The notes beneath the pieces were generated by a model. The model ran no database searches and was not told the DNA's origin. It saw nothing but the letters and a program-made list of their open reading frames with translations. DNA of 64,000 nucleotides. It comes from the human T2T-CHM13v2.0 reference genome, Homo sapiens. The stretch lies in assembly GCF_009914755.1 (NCBI RefSeq), contig NC_060932.1. The stretch is one strand, 5' to 3'. The position numbers were made by a program, and so were the translations under genes. Positions within the stretch are counted from its first letter, which is position 1, and each line of letters begins with the position of its first letter. Positions 1 through 12,800 of the stretch are shown one piece after another.

Positions 1-533
1 ATAGAAAATTTAGACAGAAGCATTCTCAGAACCTTGATTGTGATGTGTGTTCTCCACTAACAGAGTTGAACCTTTCTTTTGACAGAACTGTTCTGAAACA
101 TTCTTTTTATAGAATCTGGAAGTGGATATTTGGAAAGCTTTGAGGATTTCATTGGAAACGGGAATATCTTCAAATAAAATCTAGCCAGAAGCATTCTAAG
201 AAACATCTTAGGGATGTTTACATTCAAGTCACAGAGTTGAACATTCCCTTTCACAGAGCAGGTTTGAAACAATCTTCTCGTACTATCTGGCAGTGGACAT
301 TTTGAGCTCCTTGGGGCCTATGCTGAAAAAGGAAATATCTTCCGACAAAAACTAGACAGAAGCATTCGCAGAATCACGTTTGTGATGTGTGCACTCAACT
401 GTCAGAATTGAACCTTGGTTTGGACAGAGCACTTTTGAAACACTCTTTTTGTAGAATCTGCAGGTGGATATTTGGCTAGCTTTGAGGATTTCGTTGCAAA
501 CGGTAATGTCTTCAAAGAAAATCTAGACAGAAG
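1..533 (+). repeat. Partial HOR: end of K plus monomers A (21), B (192), C (363)
   Basis: Same sequence as 9329-9861 apart from a G>C at 498; three 171-bp monomers. Confidence 0.93.
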
Positions 534-1214
534 CATTCTCAGAAACACCTTCGTGATGTTTGCAATCAAGTCACAGAGTTGAACCTTCCGTTTCATAGAG
601 CAGGTTGGAAACACTCTTTTTGTAGTATCTGGAAGTGGACATTTGGAGGGCTTTGTAGCCTATCTGGAAAAAGGAAATATCTTCCCATGAATGCGAGATA
701 GAAGTAATCTGAGAAACATGTTTATGCTGTATCTACTCAACTAACTGTGCTGAACATTTCTATTGATAGAGCAGTTTTGAGACACTCTTCTTTTGGAATC
801 TGCAAGTGGATATTTGGATAGATTTGAGGATTTCGTTGGAAACGGGATTATATATAAAAAGTAGACAGCAGCATTCTCAGAAACTTCTTTGTGATGTTTG
901 CATCCAGCTCTCAGAGTTGAGCATTCCCTTTCATAGAGTAGGTTTGAAACCCTCTTTTTATAGTGTCTGGAAGCGGGCATTTGGAGCGCTTTCAGGCCTA
1001 TGCTTAAAATAGGAAATATCTACCTACAGAAACTAGACAGAAGCATTCTGAGAATCACGTTTGTGATGTGGGTACTCAACTAACAGAGTTGATCCATTCT
1101 TTTGATACAGCAGTTTTGAACCACACTTTTTGTAGAATCTGCAAGAGGATATTTGGATAGCTGTGAGGATTTCGTTGGAAACGGGAATGTCTTCAAAGAA
1201 AATCTAGACAGAAG
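534..1214 (+). repeat. 4-mer HOR variant (681 bp): D/H hybrid, I, J, K/C hybrid
   Basis: D starts (CATTCTCAGAAACACCTTCG) at 534 and 1215. D switches to H sequence (GGCTTTGTAGCCTATCTGG) at 649, so E-F-G are absent. Confidence 0.93.
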
Positions 1215-1340
1215 CATTCTCAGAAACACCTTCGTGATGTTTGCAATCAAGTCACAGAGTTGAACCTTCCGTTTCATAGAGCAGGTTGGAAACACTCTTA
1301 TTGTAGTATCTGGAAGTGGACATTTGGAGCGCTTTCAGGC

Positions 1341-1357
1341 CTATGGTGAAAAAGGAA
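1341..1357 (+). other. pJ-alpha (A-box) motif in monomer D (representative of the A-type monomers D, F, H, J, B)
   Basis: CTATGGTGAAAAAGGAA at the position homologous to the CENP-B box in alternate monomers. Confidence 0.85.
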
Positions 1358-1510
1358 ATATCTTCCCATAAAAACGACATAGAAGCTATCTCAGGAACTT
1401 GTTTATGATGCATCTAATCAACTAACAGTGTTGAACCTTTGTACTGACAGAGCAGTTTGAAACACTCTTTTTTTGGAATCTGCAAGTGGATATTTGGATC
1501 GCTTTGAGGA

Positions 1511-1527
1511 TTTCGTTGGAAACGGGA
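1511..1527 (+). other. Intact CENP-B box in monomer E (representative; others in this unit at 1849-1865, 2187-2203, 2526-2542; four per 8-mer)
   Basis: TTTCGTTGGAAACGGGA matches the established core nTTCGnnnnAnnCGGGn; spacing 338-341 bp. Confidence 0.95.
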
Positions 1528-4500
1528 TGCAATATAAAACGTACACAGCAGCATACTCAGAAAATACTTTGCCATATTTCCATTCAAGTCACAGAGTGGA
1601 ACATTCCCATTCATAGAGCAGGTTGGAAACACTCTTTTTGGAGTATCTGGAAGTGGACATTTGGAGCGCTTTCTGAACTATGGTGAAAAAGGAAATATCT
1701 TCCAATGAAAACAAGACAGAAGCATTCTGAGAAACTTATTTGTGATGTGTGTCCTCAACAAACGGACTTGAACCTTTCGTTTCATGCAGTACTTCTGGAA
1801 CACTCTTTTTGAAGATTCTGCATGCGGATATTTGGATAGCTTTGAGGATTTCGTTGGAAACGGGCTTACATGTAAAAATTAGACAGCAGCATTCTCAGAA
1901 ACTTCTTTGTGGTGTCTGCATTCAAGTCACAGAATTGAACTTCCCCTCACATAGAGCAGTTGTGCAGCACTCTATTTGTAGTATCTGGAAGTGGACATTT
2001 GGAGGGCTTTGTAGCCTATCTGGAAAAAGGAAATATCTTCCCATGAATGCGAGATAGAAGTAATCTCAGAAACATGTTTATGCTGTATCTACTCAACTAA
2101 CTGTGCTGAACATTTCTATTGATAGAGCAGTTTTGAGACACTCTTCTTTTGGAATCTGCAAGTGGATATTTGGATAGATTTGAGGATTTCGTTGGAAACG
2201 GGATTATATATAAAAAGTAGACAGCAGCATTCTCAGAAACTTCTTTGTGATGTTTGCATCCAGCTCTCAGAGTTGAACATTCCCTTTCATAGAGTAGGTT
2301 TGAAACCCTCTTTTTATAGTGTCTAGAAGCGGGCATTTGGAGCGCTTTCAGGCCTATGCTTAAAATAGGAAATATCCACCTACAGAAACTAGACAGAAGC
2401 ATTCTGAGAATCACGTTTGTGATGTGGGTACTCAACTAACAGTGTTGATCCATTCTTTTGATACAGCAGTTTTGAACCACACTTTTTGTAGAATCTGCAA
2501 GAGGATATTTGGATAGCTGTGAGGATTTCGTTGGAAACGGGAATGTCTTCAAAGAAAATCTAGACAGAAACATTCTCAGAAACACCTTCGTGATGTTTGC
2601 AATCAAGTCACAGAGTTGAACCTTCCGTTTCATAGAGCAGGTTGGAAACACTCTTATTGTAGTATCTGGAAGTGGACATTTGGAGCGCTTTCAGGCCTAT
2701 GGTGAAAAAGAAATATCTTCCCATAAAAACGACATAGAAGCTATCTCAGGAACTTGTTTATGATGCATCTAATCAACTAACAGTGTTGAACATTTGTACT
2801 GACAGAGCAGTTTGAAACACTCTTTTTTTGGAATCTGCAAGTGGATATTTGGATCACTTTGAGGATTTCGTTGGAAACGGGATGCAATATAAAACGTACA
2901 CAGCAGCATACTCAGAAAATACTTTGCCATATTTCCATTCAAGTCACAGAGTGGAACATTCCCATTCATAGAGCAGGTTGGAAACACTCTTTTTGGAGTA
3001 TCTGGAAGTGGACATTTGGAGGGCTTTCTGAACTATGGTGAAAAAGGAAATATCTTCCAATGAAAACAAGACAGAAGCATTCTGAGAAACTTATTTGTGA
3101 TGTGTGTCCTCAACAAACGGACTTGAACCTTTTGTTTCATGCAGTATTTCTGGAACACTCTTTTTGAAGATTCTGCATGCGGATATTTGGATAGCTTTGA
3201 GGATTTCGTTGGAAACGGGCTTACATGTAAAAATTAGACAGCAGCATTCTCAGAAACTTCTTTGTGGTGTCTGCATTCAAGTCACAGAATTGAACTTCCC
3301 CTCACATAGAGCAGTTGTGCAGCACTCTATTTGTAGTATCTGGAAGGGGACATTTGGAGGGCTTTGTAGCCTATCTGGAAAAAGGAAATATCTTCCCATG
3401 AATGCGAGATAGAAGTAATCTCAGAAACATGTTTATGCTGTATCTACTCAACTAACTGTGCTGAACATTTCTATTGATAGAGCAGTTTTGAGACACTCTT
3501 CTTTTGGAATCTGCAAGTGGATATTTGGATAGATTTGAGGATTTCGTTGGAAACGGGATTATATATAAAAAGTAGACAGCAGCATTCTCAGAAACTTCTT
3601 TGTGATGTTTGCATCCAGCTCTCAGAGTTGAGCATTCCCTTTCATAGAGTAGGTTTGAAACCCTCTTTTTATAGTGTCTGGAAGCGGGCATTTGGAGCGC
3701 TTTCAGGCCTATGCTTAAAATAGGAAATATCTACCTACAGAAACTAGACAGAAGCATTCTGAGAATCACGTTTGTGATGTGGGTACTCAACTAACAGAGT
3801 TGATCCATTCTTTTGATACAGCAGTTTTGAACCACACTTTTTGTAGAATCTGCAAGAGGATATTTGGATAGCTGTGAGGATTTCGTTGGAAACGGGAATG
3901 TCTTCAAAGAAAATCTAGACAGAAGCATTCTCAGAAACACCTTCGTGATGTTTGCAATCAAGTCACAGAGTTGAACCTTCCGTTTCATAGAGCAGGTTGG
4001 AAACACTCTTATTGTAGTATCTGGAAGTGGACATTTGGAGCGCTTTCAGGCCTATGGTGAAAAAGGAAATATCTTCCCATAAAAACGACATAGAAGCTAT
4101 CTCAGGAACTTGTTTATGATGCATCTAATCAACTAACAGTGTTGAACCTTTGCACTGACAGAGCAGTTTGAAACACTCTTTTTTTGGAATCTGCAAGTGG
4201 ATATTTGGATCGCTATGAGGATTTCGTTGGAAACGGGATGCAATATAAAACGTACACAGCAGCATACTCAGAAAATACTTTGCCATATTTCCATTCAAGT
4301 CACAGAGTGGAACATTCCCATTCATAGAGCAGGTTGGAAACACTCTTTTTGGAGTATCTGGAAGTGGACATTTGGAGCGCTTTCTGAACTATGGTGAAAA
4401 AGGAAATATCTTCCAATGAAAACAAGACAGAAGCATTCTGAGAAACTTATTTGTGATGTGTGTCCTCAACAAACGGACTTGAACCTTTCGTTTCATGCAG

Positions 4501-7500
4501 TACTTCTGGAACACTCTTTTTGAAGATTCTGCATGCGGATATTTGGATAGCTTTGAGGATTTCGTTGGAAACGGGCTTACATGTAAAAATTAGACAGCAG
4601 CATTCTCAGAAACTTCTTTGTGGTGTCTGCATTCAAGTCACAGAATTGAACTTCCCCTCACATAGAGCAGTTGTGCAGCACTCTATTTGTAGTATCTGGA
4701 AGTGGACATTTGGAGGGCTTTGTAGCCTATCTGGAAAAAGGAAATATCTTCCCATGAATGCGAGATAGAAGTAATCTCAGAAACATGTTTATGCTGTATC
4801 TACTCAACTAACTGTGCTGAACATTTCTATTGATAGAGCAGTTTTGAGACACTCTTCTTTTGGAATCTGCAAGTGGATATTTGGATAGATTTGAGGATTT
4901 CGTTGGAAACGGGATTATATATAAAAAGTAGACAGCAGCATTCTCAGAAACTTCTTTGTGATGTTTGCATCCAGCTCTCAGAGTTGAACATTCCCTTTCA
5001 TAGAGTAGGTTTGAAACCCTCTTTTTATAGTGTCTGGAAGCGGGCATTTGGAGCGCTTTCAGGCCTATGCTTAAAATAGGAAATATCTACCTACAGAAAC
5101 TAGACAGTAGCATTCTGAGAATCACGTTTGTGATGTGGGTACTCAACTAACAGTGTTGATCCATTCTTTTGATACAGCAGTATTGAACCACACTTTTTCT
5201 AGAATCTGCAAGAGGATATTTGGATAGCTGTGAGGATTTCGTTGGAAACGGGAATGTCTTCAAAGAAAATCTAGACAGAAGCATTCTCAGAAACACCTTC
5301 GTGATGTTTGCAATCAAGTCACAGAGTTGAACCTTCCGTTTCATAGAGCAGGTTGGAAACACTCTTATTGTAGTATCTGGAAGTGGACATTTGGAGCGCT
5401 TTCAGGCCTATGGTGAAAAAGGAAATATCTTCCCATAAAAACGACATAGAAGCTATCTCAGGAACTTGTTTATGATGCATCTAATCAACTAACAGTGTTG
5501 AACCTTTGTACTGACAGAGCAGTTTGAAACACTCTTTTTTTGGAATCTGCAAGTGGATATTTGGATCGCTTTGAGGATTTCGTTGGAAACGGGATGCAAT
5601 ATAAAACGTACACAGCAGCATACTCAGAAAATACTTTGCCATATTTCCATTCAAGTCACAGAGTGGAACATTCCCATTCATAGAGCAGGTTGGAAACACT
5701 CTTTTTGGAGTATCTGGAAGTGGACATTTGGAGCGCTTTCTGAACTATGGTGAAAAAGGAAATATCTTCCAATGAAAACAAGACAGAAGCATTCTGAGAA
5801 ACTTATTTGTGATGTGTGTCCTCAACAAACGGACTTGAACCTTTCGTTTCATGCAGTACTTCTGGAACACTCTTTTTGAAGATTCTGCATGCGGATATTT
5901 GGATAGCTTTGAGGATTTCGTTGGAAACGGGCTTACATGTAAAAATTAGACAGCAGCATTCTCAGAAACTTCTTTGTGGTGTCTGCATTCAAGTCACAGA
6001 ATTGAACTTCCCCTCACATAGAGCAGTTGTGCAGCACTCTATTTGTAGTATCTGGAAGTGGACATTTGGAGGGCTTTGTAGCCTATCTGGAAAAAGGAAA
6101 TATCTTCCCATGAATGCGAGATAGAAGTAATCTCAGAAACATGTTTATGCTGTATCTACTCAACTAACTGTGCTGAACATTTCTATTGATAGAGCAGTTT
6201 TGAGACACTCTTCTTTTGGAATCTGCAAGTGGATATTTGGATAGATTTGAGGATTTCGTTGGAAACGGGATTATATATAAAAAGTAGACAGCAGCATTCT
6301 CAGAAACTTCTTTGTGATGTTTGCATCCAGCTCTCAGAGTTGAACATTCCCTTTCATAGAGTAGGTTTGAAACCCTCTTTTTATAGTGTCTGGAAGCGGG
6401 CATTTGGAGCGCTTTCAGGCCTATGCTTAAAATAGGAAATATCTACCTACAGAAACTAGACAGTAGCATTCTGAGAATGACGTTTGTGATGTGGGTACTC
6501 AACTAACAGTGTTGATCCATTCTTTTGATACAGCAGTATTGAACCACACTTTTTCTAGAATCTGCAAGAGGATATTTGGATAGCTGTGAGGATTTCGTTG
6601 GAAACGGGAATGTCTTCAAAGAAAATCTAGACAGAAGCATTCTCAGAAACACCTTCGTGATGTTTGCAATCAAGTCACAGAGTTGAACCTTCCGTTTCAT
6701 AGAGCAGGTTGGAAACACTCTTATTGTAGTATCTGGAAGTGGACATTTGGAGCGCTTTCAGGCCTATGGTGAAAAAGGAAATATCTTCCCATAAAAACGA
6801 CATAGAAGCTATCTCAGGAACTTGTTTATGATGCATCTAATCAACTAACAGTGTTGAACCTTTGTACTGACAGAGCAGTTTGAAACACTCTTTTTTTGGA
6901 ATCTGCAAGTGGATATTTGGATCGCTTTGAGGATTTCGTTGGAAACGGGATGCAATATAAAACGTACACAGCAGCATACTCAGAAAATACTTTGCCATAT
7001 TTCCATTCAAGTCACAGAGTGGAACATTCCCATTCATAGAGCAGGTTGGAAACACTCTTTTTGGAGTATCTGGAAGTGGACATTTGGAGCGCTTTCTGAA
7101 CTATGGTGAAAAAGGAAATATCTTCCAATGAAAACAAGACAGAAGCATTCTGAGAAACTTATTTGTGATGTGTGTCCTCAACAAACGGACTTGAACCTTT
7201 CGTTTCATGCAGTACTTCTGGAACACTCTTTTTGAAGATTCTGCATGCGGATATTTGGATAGCTTTGAGGATTTCGTTGGAAACGGGCTTACATGTAAAA
7301 ATTAGACAGCAGCATTCTCAGAAACTTCTTTGTGGTGTCTGCATTCAAGTCACAGAGTTGAACTTCCCCTCACATAGAGCAGTTGTGCAGCACTCTATTT
7401 GTAGTATCTGGAAGTGGACATTTGGAGGGCTTTGTAGCCTATCTGGAAAAAGGAAATATCTTCCCATGAATGCGAGATAGAAGTAATCTGAGAAACATGT

Positions 7501-7993
7501 TTATGCTGTATCTACTCAACTAACTGTGCTGAACATTTCTATTGATAGAGCAGTTTTGAGACACTCTTCTTTTGGAATCTGCAAGTGGATATTTGGATAG
7601 ATTTGAGGATTTCGTTGGAAACGGGATTATATATAAAAAGTAGACAGCAGCATTCTCAGAAACTTCTTTGTGATGTTTGCATCCAGCTCTCAGAGTTGAA
7701 CATTCCCTTTCATAGAGTAGGTTTGAAACCCTCTTTTTATAGTGTCTGGAAGCGGGCATTTGGAGCGCTTTCAGGCCTATGCTTAAAATAGGAAATATCT
7801 ACCTACAGAAACTAGACAGAAGCATTCTGAGAATCACGTTTGTGATGTGGGTACTCAACTAACAGTGTTGATCCATTCTTTTGATACAGCAGTTTTGAAC
7901 CACACTTTTTGTAGAATCTGCAAGAGGATATTTGGATAGCTGTGAGGATTTCGTTGGAAACGGGAATGTCTTCAAAGAAAATCTAGACAGAAG

Positions 7994-9861
7994 CATTCTC
8001 AGAAACACCTTCGTGATGTTTGCAATCAAGTCACAGAGTTGAACCTTCCGTTTCATAGAGCAGGTTGGAAACACTCTTATTGTAGTATCTGGAAGTGGAC
8101 ATTTGGAGCGCTTTCAGGCCTATGGTGAAAAAGGAAATATCTTCCCATAAAAACGACATAGAAGCTATCTCAGGAACTTGTTTATGATGCATCTAATCAA
8201 CTAACAGTGTTGAACCTTTGTACTGACAGAGCAGTTTGAAACACTCTTTTTTTGGAATCTGCAAGTGGATATTTGGATCGCTTTGAGTATTTCGTTGGAA
8301 ACGGGATGCAATATAAAACGTACACAGCAGCATACTCAGAAAATACTTTGCCATATTTCCATTCAAGTCACAGACTGGAACATTCCCATTCATAGAGCAG
8401 GTTTGAAACACTCTTTTTGGAGTATCTGGAAGTGGACATTTGGAGCGCTTTCTGAACTATGGTGAAAAAGGAAATATCTTCCAATGAAAACAAGACAGAA
8501 GCATTCTGAGAAACTTATTTGTGATGTGTGTCCTCAACAAACGGACTTGAACCTTTCGTTTCATGCAGTACTTCTGGAACACTCTTTTTGAAGATTCTGC
8601 ATTCGGATATTTGGATAGCTTTGAGGATTTCGTTGGAAACGGGCTTACATGTAAAAATTAGACAGCAGCATTCTCAGAAACTTCTTTGTGGTGTCTGCAT
8701 TCAAGTCACAGAATTGAACTTCCCCTCACATAGAGCAGTTGTGCAGCACTCTATTTGTAGTATCTCGAAGTGGACATTTGGAGGGCTTTGTAGCCTATCT
8801 GGAAAAAGGAAATATCTTCCCATGAATGCGAGATAGAAGTAATCTCAGAAACATGTTTATGCTGTATCTACTCAACTAACTGTGCTGAACATTTCTATTG
8901 ATAGAGCAGTTTTGAGACACTCTTCTTTTGGAATCTGCAAGTGGATATTTGGATAGATTTGAGGATTTCGTTGGAAACGGGATTATATATAAAAAGTAGA
9001 CAGCAGCATTCTCAGAAACTTCTTTGTGATGTTTGCATCCAGCTCTCAGAGTTGAACATTCCCTTTCATAGAGTAGGTTTGAAACCCTCTTTTTATAGTG
9101 TCTGGAAGCGGGCATTTGGAGCGCTTTCAGGCCTATGCTGAAAAAGGAAATATCTACCTATAGAAACTAGAGAGAAGCATTCTGAGAATCACGTTTGTGA
9201 TGTGGGTACTCAACTAACAGTGTTGATCCATTCTTTTGATACAGCAGTTTTGAACCACACTTTTTGTAGAATCTGCAAGTGGATATTTGGATAGCTGTGA
9301 GGATTTCGTTGGAAACGGGAATGTCTTCATAGAAAATTTAGACAGAAGCATTCTCAGAACCTTGATTGTGATGTGTGTTCTCCACTAACAGAGTTGAACC
9401 TTTCTTTTGACAGAACTGTTCTGAAACATTCTTTTTATAGAATCTGGAAGTGGATATTTGGAAAGCTTTGAGGATTTCATTGGAAACGGGAATATCTTCA
9501 AATAAAATCTAGCCAGAAGCATTCTAAGAAACATCTTAGGGATGTTTACATTCAAGTCACAGAGTTGAACATTCCCTTTCACAGAGCAGGTTTGAAACAA
9601 TCTTCTCGTACTATCTGGCAGTGGACATTTTGAGCTCCTTGGGGCCTATGCTGAAAAAGGAAATATCTTCCGACAAAAACTAGACAGAAGCATTCGCAGA
9701 ATCACGTTTGTGATGTGTGCACTCAACTGTCAGAATTGAACCTTGGTTTGGACAGAGCACTTTTGAAACACTCTTTTTGTAGAATCTGCAGGTGGATATT
9801 TGGCTAGCTTTGAGGATTTCGTTGGAAACGGTAATGTCTTCAAAGAAAATCTAGACAGAAG
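7994..9861 (+). repeat. 11-mer HOR (1868 bp), left-domain type
   Basis: Contains A-B-C (9349-9861). The A box reads TTCATTGG and the C box reads ...AACGGTA, both core-mutated. Confidence 0.95.
9817..9833 (+). other. Degenerate CENP-B box of monomer C (non-canonical in every 11-mer read)
   Basis: TTTCGTTGGAAACGGTA: CGGG is changed to CGGT (CGGA in the units at 40861, 49691, 55975). Confidence 0.9.
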
Positions 9862-12800
9862 CATTCTCAGAAACACCTTCGTGATGTTTGCAATCAAGTC
9901 ACAGAGTTGAACCTTCCGTTTCATAGAGCAGGTTGGAAACACTCTTTTTGTAGTATCTGGAAGTGGACATTTGGAGCGCTTTCAGGCCTATGGTGAAAAA
10001 GGAAATATCTTCCCATAAAAACGACAGAGAAGCTATCTCAGGAACTTGTTTATGATGCATCTAATCAACTAACAGTGTTGAACCTTTGTACTGACAGAGC
10101 AGTTTGAAACACTCTTTTTTTCGAATCTGCAAGTGGATATTTGGATCGCTTTGAGGATTTCGTTGGAAACGGGATGCAATATAAAACGTACACAGCAGCA
10201 TACTCAGAAAATACTTTGCCATATTTCCATTCAAGTCACAGACTGGAACATTCCCATTCATAGAGCAGGTTGGAAACACTCTTTTTGGAGTATCTGGAAG
10301 TGGACATTTGGAGCGCTTTCTGAACTATGGTGAAAAAGGAAATATCTTCCAATGAAAACAAGACAGAAGCATTCTGAGAAATTTATTTGTGATGTGTGTC
10401 CTCAACAAACGGACTTGAACCTTTCGTTTCATGCAGTACTTCTGGAACACTCTTTTTGAAGATTCTGCATGCGGATATTTGGATAGCTTTGAGGATTTCG
10501 TTGGAAACGGGCTTACATGTAAAAATTAGACAGCAGCATTCTCAGAAACTTCTTTGTGGTGTCTGCATTCAAGTCACAGAATTGAACTTCCCCTCACATA
10601 GAGCAGTTGTGCAGCACTCTATTTGTAGTATCTGGAAGTGGACATTTGGAGGGCTTTGTAGCCTATCTGGAAAAAGGAAATATCTTCCCATGAATGCGAG
10701 ATAGAAGTAATCTCAGAAACATGTTTATGCTGTATCTACTCAACTAACTGTGCTGAACATTTCTATTGATAGAGCAGTTTTGAGACACTCTTCTTTTGGA
10801 ATCTGCAAGTGGATATTTGGATAGATTTGAGGATTTCGTTGGAAACGGGATTATATATAAAAAGTAGACAGCAGCATTCTCAGAAACTTCTTTGTGATGT
10901 TTGCATCCAGCTCTCAGAGTTGAACATTCCCTTTCATAGAGTAGGTTTGAAACCCTCTTTTTATAGTGTCTGGAAGCGGGCATTTGGAGCGCTTTCAGGC
11001 CTATGCTTAAAATAGGAAATATCTACCTACAGAAACTAGACAGTAGCATTCTGAGAATCACGTTTGTGATGTGGGTACTCAACTAACAGTGTTGATCCAT
11101 TCTTTTGATACAGCAGTATTGAACCACACTTTTTCTAGAATCTGCAAGAGGATATTTGGATAGCTGTGAGGATTTCGTTGGAAACGGGAATGTCTTCAAA
11201 GAAAATCTAGACAGAAGCATTCTCAGAAATACCTTCGTGATGTTTGCAATCAAGTCACAGAGTTGAACCTTCCGTTTCATAGAGCAGGTTGGAAACACTC
11301 TTATTGTAGTATCTGGAAGTGGACATTTGGAGCGCTTTCAGGCCTATGGTGAAAAAGGAAATATCTTCCCATAAAAACGACATAGAAGCTATCTCAGGAA
11401 CTTGTTTATGATGCATCTAATCAACTAACAGTGTTGAACCTTTGTACTGACAGAGCAGTTTGAAACACTCTTTTTTTGGAATCTGCAAGTGGATATTTGG
11501 ATCGCTTTGAGGATTTCGTTGGAAACGGGATGCAATATAAAACGTACACAGCAGCATACTCAGAAAATACTTTGCCATATTTCCATTCAAGTCACAGAGT
11601 GGAACATTCCCATTCATAGAGCAGGTTGGAAACACTCTTTTTGGAGTATCTGGAAGTGGACATTTGGAGCGCTTTCTGAACTATGGTGAAAAAGGAAATA
11701 TCTTCCAATGAAAACAAGACAGAAGCATTCTGAGAAACTTATTTGTGATGTGTGTCCTCAACAAACGGACTTGAACCTTTCGTTTCATGCAGTACTTCTG
11801 GAACACTCTTTTTGAAGATTCTGCATGCGGATATTTGGATAGCTTTGAGGATTTCGTTGGAAACGGGCTTACATGTAAAAATTAGACAGCAGCATTCTCA
11901 GAAACTTCTTTGTGGTGTCTGCATTCAAGTCACAGAATTGAACTTCCCCTCACATAGAGCAGTTGTGCAGCACTCTATTTGTAGTATCTGGAAGTGGACA
12001 TTTGGAGGGCTTTGTAGCCTATCTGGAAAAAGGAAATATCTTCCCATGAATGCGAGATAGAAGTAATCTCAGAAACATGTTTATGCTGTATCTACTCAAC
12101 TAACTGTGCTGAACATTTCTATTGATAGAGCAGTTTTGAGACACTCTTCTTTTGGAATCTGCAAGTGGATATTTGGATAGATTTGAGGATTTCGTTGGAA
12201 ACGGGATTATATATAAAAAGTAGACAGCAGCATTCTCAGAAACTTCTTTGTGATGTTTGCATCCAGCTCTCAGAGTTGAACATTCCCTTTCATAGAGTAG
12301 GTTTGAAACCCTCTTTTTATAGTGTCTGGAAGCGGGCATTTGGAGCGCTTTCAGGCCTATGCTTAAAATAGGAAATATCTACCTACAGAAACTAGACAGT
12401 AGCATTCTGAGAATCACGTTTGTGATGTGGGTACTCAACTAACAGTGTTGATCCATTCTTTTGATACAGCAGTATTGAACCACACTTTTTCTAGAATCTG
12501 CAAGAGGATATTTGGATAGCTGTGAGGATTTCGTTGGAAACGGGAATGTCTTCAAAGAAAATCTAGACAGAAGCATTCTCAGAAACACCTTCGTGATGTT
12601 TGCAATCAAGTCACAGAGTTGAACCTTCCGTTTCATAGAGCAGGTTGGAAACACTCTTATTGTAGTATCTGGAAGTGGACATTTGGAGCGCTTTCAGGCC
12701 TATGGTGAAAAAGGAAATATCTTCCCATAAAAACGACATAGAAGCTATCTCAGGAACTTGTTTATGATGCATCTAATCAACTAACAGTGTTGAACCTTTG

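Larger units (their letters stand above)
1215..7993 (+). repeat. Five tandem 8-mer HORs (D starts 1215, 2571, 3926, 5282, 6638)
   Basis: Period 1356 bp (1355 for the unit with a 1-bp deletion at ~2710). Monomer lengths 171/166/171/167/171/167/172/171. Confidence 0.95.

Noticed and set aside
848-860. TATA-like TATATATAAAAAG after the I box as a promoter
   Set aside because: It is an AT-rich monomer variant repeated in every unit, with no sequence evidence of a transcription unit. Low-level alphoid transcription cannot be assessed from sequence.
21-1214. A free-standing 7-mer HOR class in this window
   Set aside because: A-B-C-D/H-I-J-K/C can be parsed as a 7-mer depending on the register chosen, but no tandem 1,193-bp period occurs, so I reported it as 11+4.
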